Shown here in pieces: positions 54,948 to 64,000 of a stretch of DNA of 64,000 nucleotides. The position numbers were made by a program, and so were the translations under genes. The number at the start of each line of letters is the position of its first letter. Position 1 is the stretch's first letter. The stretch comes from Octopus vulgaris (Eukaryota), in assembly GCA_951406725.2 (NCBI GenBank), contig OX597819.1:52638001-52702000 (forward strand), in the 5' to 3' direction. The notes beneath the pieces are model-generated. The model had not been told where the DNA came from and ran no database searches. It worked only from the letters and a program-made list of their open reading frames with translations.

Positions 54948-57098
54948 ATAAAATGACAGAATTCATTCAGTACATTTCAGGAAAGGCTTAATGCACCAAC
55001 ACTCTCGGGTGTAATGTAATCTACAATGCAAAATACTTGTAAAACAATAAGGTAAACATAGAAAGAAAAATCAACAGATGTGAATATGAAAAATAAGCAA
55101 TATAACTACAGCTGTAAAAAATGGAAACAAAGTTAATAAAAATCTTTAAAATAATAAAAATAAACTGTCCATTTTCAAAATTTTATTGCACAATGGTTCC
55201 CAAAGTATTTTCCTGTCACGATCCCCACACCCACAAACTCATTACCATTTCCCCATGCCATAGAAACCTATTAAAATGATTATTCAGAAAAGCAGTTTGC
55301 AAGATACTACAAAAGATAATAATCATTACCAATTACAATTAATTTCACTATTTATTCAAAATTAAATTACAACCAATTGGTTTAATTAATTTAACAGAAG
55401 TGATGAAATTGATCCAAAGAGACCAGTTTTCCAATCTGATAATCATCTAGTAACAGTCTTGTTATATCTCACATTTACAAAAATATTACTGCATTCACTA
55501 ATTTCATATTATAATGGATGATGAGACCATACCTCATCATAATTTTACACTCTTACAGACATAGATTTATCCTTGGGTGGTAGGCATTGGCTGCAGAGCC
55601 AACACACAGAACCTTTCACGACTTATCAATTCATGGCATCACCTACTCCAGATCCAATGCTTCTGATTGGAATTAGATTAATATAGTTTTCATATATGGT
55701 CATCAGACTACATTTTAGCACCCTAACCTATTACAGTCTATTGTTATATCATCATGGCTTTTTTTAAATATGTAATTTATTGAAGTTGTGTAGACATGTT
55801 TAGTGATTGTTGGGTTTGCAATCAATCATAAGGCATTGTGTCCTTGAGCAAGGCTCTTGATTACATGTTTGATCCAGTCTACTCAGATAAAAGTGAGTAA
55901 CAGGCACATGAGAGCAGCTGCTGCTGCTCTCTCTCCCCTTCTCTCACCAGTTATCACATCTTTGGTGTTTCACAGGGTCAAAAAGGAGAAAGCTAAAAAG
56001 GTCCATGTCTACTCACAACTACACAGACACCTAAAACAATCAGTAAAAGCCAAGTCCCTGCTACTACTAAATTATCCTTGTTTGTGAGTGATGGCTATGG
56101 AATCCCTTTATTTGTTCTCTTTATTAAAGAAGATACAAAAAATTAAGCACAAAACAAAACTAACAATCTTTTTTTAAAGTGGATGCTTCTATCAAAAAAT
56201 TCTATAGAGTAAAAGAATATTTAAAAACAAAAACAAAATATAAAACAGTATAAAAGAATAAAATCAAGAACATCTTTCTTTTCCACTTCTAAGATCAAAG
56301 CTAAAAACTAAAAGACCAAACACCTAAAACAACTTAACAAATGATCATTTTGAAAAAAATAAAATCAATTACATAAATAACCTTTCCTTTTTGAGATTAA
56401 AGCATTGTTTGAAACTTTAATGCATTATATAACAATTTACATTTAGTCAGTGTTAAAACTGGTACATATTAACTGATTTCAACTAAACAACTCTGACTCT
56501 ACAATTGTTGTAAGAAGCACAACAAATTGCCTGTCTTAACACTGCCATTTCATACTTGGGTACCTTAGTACATGTGTACCTTAGTACTTGGGTGCCTTTA
56601 GCAGAGTGCTCTGAATTGTAAACATTTTGGTTTCAAATTTTGGTACAAGGCCAGCAATTTCAGAGGATGGAGATAATTGACTGCATCAGCCCCAAAAACT
56701 GGTACTTATTTTATCGACCCCGAAAGGGTGAAAGGCAAAGTTGACCATGGCAGGATTTTAAGACAGCATTTTGTCTAGTGTGTTAATGATTTTGACAGCT
56801 TGGTGCCTTAATCATAGTAAACATTTTAACAAGATCTCTGGTTTCATCCCAAGCTCCCCACCCATTTTCATTTTTTTTTTTTATATCCTGCAGACCTTGG
56901 GATGTTCTAGCAGTGTACTGGGTATCAACCACATCAACCACCCACATCTGGAGGATCTTATAAAGGTTACAAGTATTGAATCCTGATCCCTTCTTTTCTT
57001 AATTTTTTTTTTTTTAGATTCCACTTTTAAACCAAAACATGGCTTGTTTTACCATTTATTTAAGGAACAACTTTAACAGCATTAGGTAAAAATTGGAG

Positions 57099-57213
57099 AC
57101 TTACCGCATATTCCAAAATTTAATGATGAAACATTTAAGAAGGGTTTTTTCATAAATCATGTACTTACCTACAATGAGAAAAGAGACGCAAGTGTGAAAA
57201 GCATGTTAATCAG
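57099..57213 (-). other. Recursive splice site (ratchet point) with 64-nt cryptic RS-exon
   Basis: Minus strand: CTGATTAAC (branch-like) ATGCTTTTCACACTTGCGTCTCTTTTCTCATTGTAG|GTAAGT, junction at 57169/57168. A second donor, GCG|GTAAGT, lies at 57105/57104. Confidence 0.65.
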
Positions 57214-57545
57214 TTATATATAAATAACATATTTATCAACATTATTTTAATGTCCATACAAATACACACACACACACACATATACTGGTAAGCTGCACCA
57301 GGTTCCAATCTGACTTGGCAAAGGTTCAAGGACAACAAGCCGTAGAAACCTTGCCAAATCAGACTGGAACCTGGTGCTACTCCCCAGCTTACCAGTTTTC
57401 AGTGAAACCGTCCAACTCATGCCAGCATGGAAAACAAACATTAAATGATGATGATGATATAAATGCATATTATACATACATTTAAATATAGGAAAAAATT
57501 GAAAATGGAGACAAACGCTCAAGATGTTATTAATTCATTTATACC

Positions 57546-57645
57546 TTCATATCATCAACATATGTTTCGATGGATGCATTCAAAATAAATCTGACAGAAT
57601 GAATAATGTAGAGCAATGTATCAATCTCATCAGGGAGGATATAAA
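57546..57645 (-). ncRNA. Type I hammerhead ribozyme motif (GUU triplet)
   Basis: Stem I UUUAUAUCCUC/GAUGAUAUGAA, C-CUGAUGA (core at 57633-57627), long stem II, GAAAC-AUAU-GUU. Confidence 0.7.
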
Positions 57646-58525
57646 TAAGTGCTCATCAATTAGATATTTTAACAGACATAAGAAACTCCAATATACACAT
57701 ATACATACATGTACACACATACATACACACACCTACAAACACACACATGCATAAACATATGTACACATACTTACATACATACACATACATAAACACATGC
57801 ACACATACATAAATATAGATGCATATACATACAGGAACACCTACAAACCTACACACATATATGGAAAGTGAAGTTGTGAAGGGAAAGCTAGAAATTTGAA
57901 AATGGTGTTGAGGAAACAGATGCCATAGGGCAAGAGAAGAAGAAAAGGAAGAAAGAGGGAATGAAAGAACAAAGTTAAAGGAGAAAGGGAGGTACAAGCA
58001 AAAGAGTATAGATGATAGATGGAAAGAAAAGATGAAGGGAAGAATATGGGTTATGAGAAGCAAGAATAAAGGTAAGTTGCAGAAATTATTACTTGATGAG
58101 GGGGTAGATATTATTTTAAAAAAGCAAGAGTGTTTTTTCCAATGTAAACACCTGTAAACTCATTTATTAAAGGTGCTTACCATATGGTTAGAAAAGAAGA
58201 TAGATAGTTGCTTGTCTATACAAAGAGGACAAAAAGATTTCCCTTTGTCATGGGGGAATGATCTGGAAAAATTTTCCAGTCTAAAGAAAAGAGTTTATTA
58301 GTCTTTAAGGTGCCAAATTAGCTTACTAGGTCCTGTAGAATTATGCTTATGACTGTATTTAAAAGTTGAAAGATGGTTCGTGATACGGCATTTCAACTCC
58401 GTAGAAGATAATCCAATATAAAAGAATTCTTTAGATTGGTAAATGGCATTTTTAATACTGTAATTTCCATTGAGGACACAAGTTTGTATATATGTTTATG
58501 CATGTGTGCATGGGTGTGTGTACAC

Positions 58526-58580
<55 letters not shown>

Positions 58581-58620
58581 CATGTGCATGGGTGTGTGTA
58601 CGTGTATATATATATATAAT

Positions 58621-58907
58621 GTTGTTTGTTCATAAGGGTTCATAAGCGCCGGTTTCCTGGTTTCCTTGGTGTATAGGTTCCCCACATGGACGGGATGCCA
58701 GTCCATCGCAGGTGATCTGCAAGATGCAGGAAAGAGTGAGAGAAAGTTGTGGTGAAAGAGTCAGCAGAAGTTTGCCATTACCTTCTGCCGGAACCGCGTG
58801 AAGCTTAGGTGTTTCACTCATAAACACACACATTGCCCGGTCTGAGATTCGAACCTGCGATCCCTCGACAGTGAGTCCGCTGCTCTAACCACTATGCCAT
58901 GTGCCTC

Positions 58908-58908
<1 letters not shown>
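58621..58908 (-). mobile_element. SINE family D
   Basis: Reverse complement of 52612-52910; lies within a (TA)n tract. Confidence 0.9.
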
Positions 58909-58950
<42 letters not shown>

Positions 58951-59010
58951 GCATCACATATACTGGAGTCTCTTATATCAGTTAAAATATCTAACTGATG
59001 AGCACTGTTC

Positions 59011-59110
59011 TTTATATCCTCCCTGATGAGATTGATGCATTATTCTACATTATTCATCGTGTCGGATGTATTTTGAATGCATCCATCGAAACATATGTCG
59101 ATGATATGAA
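59011..59110 (+). ncRNA. Type I hammerhead ribozyme motif (GUC triplet)
   Basis: Stem I 59011-59021/59100-59110, CUGAUGA 59023-59029, stem II 59030-59041/59076-59087, GAAA 59088-59091, stem III AC-AUAU-GU, predicted cleavage after C59099. Confidence 0.8.
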
Positions 59111-59317
59111 GATATAAATGATTAAATAACAGCTTGAGCATTTGTCTCCATTTTCAATATTTTCTATGCTATCCTAAATATGTCTCACTTCTTCCCAGAA
59201 TTAACTCCCACACTAGTGTGATCACTGATTCCTGGGACACTTAAGCAACATCTGGCTGCCTTGCAATTATTCCCTTGGATCTTTCCTATAAATTGAACAC
59301 TCATACATTTAAATATG

Positions 59318-59498
59318 CACGTAAAAGCACCCACTACACTCTTGGAGTGGTTGGTGTTAGGAAGGGCATCCAGCTGTAGAAACTTTGCCAGATCAGATTG
59401 GAGCCTGGTGCAGCCATCTGCTTCGCCAGACCTCAGTCAAATTGTCCAACCCATGCTAGCATGGAAAGCAGACGTTAAACGATGATGACAATGATGAT
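59318..59498 (+). mobile_element. Family C retroposon 3' part
   Basis: CACGTAAAAGCACCCACTACACTC...CCATGCTAGCATGGAAAGCAGACGTTAAACGATGATG. Confidence 0.8.
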
Positions 59499-61446
59499 AC
59501 ACCTATACATATATATCTACACACACACATGCATACCTACATGTACATTCACTTACAAATGTATAAACATATAGATACATTCATACAAAGACATACATAC
59601 ATGCACACGCTCACTGACATATGTTCATACACAGATGATAAGACAGGTGGTTGCTAATACAAACAATTCAAACTGCAAGCAAATGGTGAACATCCCAAAT
59701 AACCATAACATCTGTTATAAACAATGGTACACTTCTCTCTCCCTCACACACAACACATGCACGTGCACAAACACACACACACAACTTTAAGATGCTGTCA
59801 TAGTACAACTATCTGTAGATATGTATCAAACTTAAGATGAGAAAAATCTCAAGTACAGGACTGCCTTGAGAGTGAAACAGGAAAAAGTCAAGCACTTTGA
59901 AAGATCAGGAGATAAATTTGCAACACCACTCATGTGTTACTACAAGATGTTATTGTGTCTTTTGTTTAAATTTCACTAGAATATTCCTCCTTGGAAGTGG
60001 CAACTGCCTTTCAAGAACTATGAGAAGGACAATATCATTATAAAGTCATTGTTGTCGTCATTTTACAATTTGCTTCCAATGCTGGCATGGGTTGGACAGT
60101 TAGACAGGATCCACTGGGTTGGAGAACCGGATCTTGCCTTAATGTTCCAGGCAGTGAGCAGCAGAATCATTAGTATGTCAGACAAAGCTAAGCATTTTGT
60201 CTATCTTTATGTTCTGAGTTCAAATTCCGCCATGGTCGACTTTGCCTTTCATCCTTTCAGAGTTGATAAAATAAGTACCAGTCACGTACTGGGGTTGATG
60301 TAACTGACCTACCCCTTCCCCTGAACTTGCTAGTCTTGTGCCAAAATTTGAAACTGGTGTTCCACTGTTAGTATGGTTTCTTTGATTGAATGCCCTTCTT
60401 AATGACGACCACTTTACAGAGAGTACAGGATGCTTTTTCCAAATCACCAGCACTAGTGATATTGTCTTGCTAAGAGAATGAAAAAAAAAACCTACAAAAC
60501 ATCGGATCCAATTTAGATAAAGTTCAATCACCATGATGATCATCATCATTGAACTAAGGTTTATATTTCTAAATATTGGGGTGGTGGTGTTGTAGATGAA
60601 GTGTATCAATCTTGGTTAGATTAAGACCCACAAATCTAAGTGCTCCAATATAAGTAATTCAAAATATGGACATTGATAAATCATAAAATAAATCTTTCCC
60701 GTCATATAAACTACTTTGAATATTATTTTAGCAAGTTTAAAGTGATTTCTTTTGTACCATAAACCATTTACCATTTTTCTTGATGCTTTAAGCATGTTTA
60801 TTTTACTTCATGGTTAATCCACCACTGGTATCAATGTACACAACAGAGAGTGATTTACTTCCAATAACAAAGGGCTTGAAGAAGAACAATAGTGTAGGTA
60901 AACTTTCTAAGGCTGCCTTGAAATGGGTTGGTTATAGTTTACAACTGTTTGAACCTTCAAAAACTTTTAATTGGGTAGTAAACATAATCAAACAGCAGAG
61001 GTCTAGAAGCATTTTGCTTTTGTCTCAAGATATGTCAGGTACTGGCTCATCTGTCTTAAAAACAATATGTAAAATTACACTGAATAAGGTACACATAGAA
61101 AGCCCTGGTGATAGTGCCACATAAAAAGCACTCGGTACACTCTGTTAAGTGGCTGTCATTAGGATGGGCATCCAGCTGTAGTCACCAAGCCAAAACAGAC
61201 AATGGAACCTTGTGCAGCTCCTGGCCCTGCCAGCTCCTGTCAAGCCATCGAACCCATGCCAGCATGGAAAATGGCTATTAAATGATGATGATGATGAATG
61301 ATGACTAGAAGAAAAAGGATGGAATGGAAATGATTTTGTTCATAGACCTGCTTACTCAGGGCCACCCTGGGGCTAAACAGTAACATTATGATCAGCATTA
61401 TTCATATTAGTACAGGGAAAAGACACATATGTGCGTGAATGTAGAC

Positions 61447-61676
61447 AGGAGTGGCTGTGTGGTAAGTAGCTTGCTAACCAACCACATGGTTCCGGGTTCA
61501 GTCCCACAGCATGGCATCTTGGGCAAGCGTCTTCTGCTATAGCCCGGGGCCGACCAATGCCTTGTGAGTGGATTTGGTAGATGGAAACTGAAAGAAGCCT
61601 GTCGTATATATGTATATATATATATGTGTATGTGTGTATATATGTGTATATATATATATGTGTGTGTATATATGTG

Positions 61677-61714
<38 letters not shown>

Positions 61715-61918
61715 TGTGTGTGTTTGTGTTTGTCCCTCTAGCATTACTTGACAACCGATGCTGGTGTGTTTACGTCCCCGTCACTTAGCAGTTCGGCAAA
61801 AGAGACCGATAGAATAAGTACTGGGCTTACAAAGAATAAGTCCCGGGGTCGATTTGCTCAACTAAAGGCGGTGCTCCAGCATGGCTGCAGTCAAAATGAC
61901 TGAAACAGGTAAAAGAGA
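61447..61918 (+). mobile_element. SINE family A, full length with expanded internal TA/TG microsatellite
   Basis: Complete head, ~125-bp internal microsatellite (61604-61730) and tail; most CpGs retained. Confidence 0.92.
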
Positions 61919-62722
61919 GAAAAGAGTAAGAGAATAACATGTATCAGTACTATTTGCAGTGCATGTGTGGTTATGCTGGTGCATGACGATAGAATTGTAG
62001 GCTGGGAATGGAGAGAAAGACAGGTGGACAGAATGGAAGCGACAGTCTGAAAAAGAATGTGAATAGGTGAAAGACAACAATAGGTGCAACCGAACAGAGC
62101 AATATTGAAATTATGCATACACCCGAACACACACGCACACATATAAAATCATGTGATAATAAGATAAAATACAAATTAACGGTGTGAATGGTCAATGAAA
62201 ACAAACTAATACACTAATACCCACAACTGTAATACTAACAAAAACCAAAAAAAAAAAAAACATAAAATAGACAAATTGGATTCAATTTTTATTAGATTCG
62301 TATTTAAAAAAGAAACAAAAAGAAGAAAAAGAAATTCAGACACATGAAAAACAAATAGCAAATTAAAAGCAAACACAAATATACAAATACATAAAAATTC
62401 AATAGGATGAAATAAATGGAAGAAAAAAGAAAAAAAAACTTGAAAAATCCGACACTGAAACAAGCACTAAACTAACAGAAATCTGTAAATAGTTCCAGCA
62501 TAAACTGTGATGCAACAAGGGTGTCTTGTTCCTGGAGCTGGTTTTTGTAAGCCAGTCAAATATTAGATTATTCCAGCATAAAACAGTCAGCTCAATAGCC
62601 ATTTATCAAAGACCAAACAGAGTGGCGGAGATAATTAAAAGACCTCAGAACACCAGTGGCGGGCCAGCTTTAGCATCATTTAGGTAAACAATAAAGTGTT
62701 TACAGTAAACATTGACAAAATG

Positions 62723-62770
<48 letters not shown>

Positions 62771-64000
62771 GGTGGTGAATGGAGAAAAACACACATATCA
62801 TGATGTTAGTCTGGAGAGGGTGGAGAGAGAGAGAGAGAACAAGTAAAAGTGAGAGACAATTAATGAAAGAGAAAGACATAGAAAGAATCAGTAAAAGTAT
62901 GTGTGTGTGTGTGAAAGAAAGGGAGAGGGTGAGCAATTAATGAAAGGGAAAGCATGAGAAATGAAAATAAAGAGGGTGAGTAAGAAAGACAATGAAGAAG
63001 AGGATGAGAATAACAGAGAAGAAAGCCTAGATCAAAAAGAAAGGGTTAGGGACAGACAAACAGACAAAAGAAGAGGGAGGGAGGGAGGAGTGATTGAGAT
63101 AAAGAGAGGAAAAGTGAGGGAAAGAAAGAAAAACAGATAGATAGCCAAACAGAAAGAAGAAAAAAAAAAGATAGAAAACAAGAATGTGGACAAAGAAAGA
63201 GGTAGGGAGAGAGAGAGAGAGATAGTGAGAATGTCAAAGACAGAAGAGGCAAAGCAAACATTTGAGATGGAGTGAGAAGATGTGAGTGGGGAAGAGAGCT
63301 ATTATTGAGTTCAGAAAAAAAAAGAAAAAAAAATTGAAAACAGGAAAAAAAAAAAAAAGACAAAAAAGAAAAATCAAAATCAAAATCAAAATGAAGGTAA
63401 AAATAAACAAATAACTGAACTAGTATGTTGAACTGCAACAGACTGGAATCATTAACCAATATTATTCCATTATTCAAAAAGTCAATCAGTAAAGTATTTG
63501 ATAAACCGCCAAGAACAAACATCAACCATTGCTCCAACAAATATAACACACACACACACACACACAAGATAAACATAAGGACCGAAAACACCGCATACAT
63601 AGTCATCAAATATCACGTACACACGCATACGCAAAAGACAAACAGAAGGACCAAACACCGCAGACACCTACACAAGACAAAGACCACACACATATATAAA
63701 CACTAAACAACCACAAGGACCAACCAAACAATACACACACACACACAGAAAACAAATATGACACACATACACACACAAGGCAAACAGAAGCACCAAACGC
63801 ATTCCTCATGTAATGTCAACAGTCTGTGAACTCGCACAAGGCAAACAAATAAGCTAGCAAGCGATCAATGGTAGGAATATTTCATATTAGATATCGGAGA
63901 GAATAGAAGGCAGTGTGGTGGCGTGGGTAACATCATCATAGTTTTATGGCATGGGAGTCCCGAATGTTTGTATTATCGTGGCTATTGCACATATTCTCTT

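Noticed and set aside
60810-61124. 104-aa non-repetitive ORF
   Set aside because: No recognisable motif or splice context, and it runs into a family C repeat; a BLASTp hit would be needed.
63908-64000. GGCAGTGTGGT (miR-34-like) and TATTGCAC (miR-92 seed-like)
   Set aside because: Matches stop after the seed region and no complementary hairpin arm is visible.

Overview
Eukaryotic, AT-rich, microsatellite-dense DNA that looks like an Octopus (coleoid cephalopod) genome. The organism call rests on recognising its tRNA-derived SINE families from memory, not on a search. I cannot support any host protein-coding exon. Almost all ORFs in the track are translations of (TA)n, (CA)n, (CAC)n and (GATA)n repeats or of SINEs. 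The window is most simply read as part of a very long intron, probably of a minus-strand gene, with a CpG-rich left part (~1-19 kb) and a CpG-depleted right part. It holds several SINE families (some with exact target-site duplications), RTE and R4/Dong LINE 3' fragments, piggyBac-, hAT- and mariner-type non-autonomous elements, a Helitron and Penelope-type hammerhead ribozyme motifs. Two signals stand out. The first is a recursive-splicing ratchet point (polyY-AG|GTAAGT) with a 64-nt cryptic RS-exon on the minus strand at 57105-57170. The second is an inverted pair of ~208-bp elements next to it (57488-57695 and 58959-59167), each carrying a complete type I hammerhead fold. SINE family letters A-G are my own labels.
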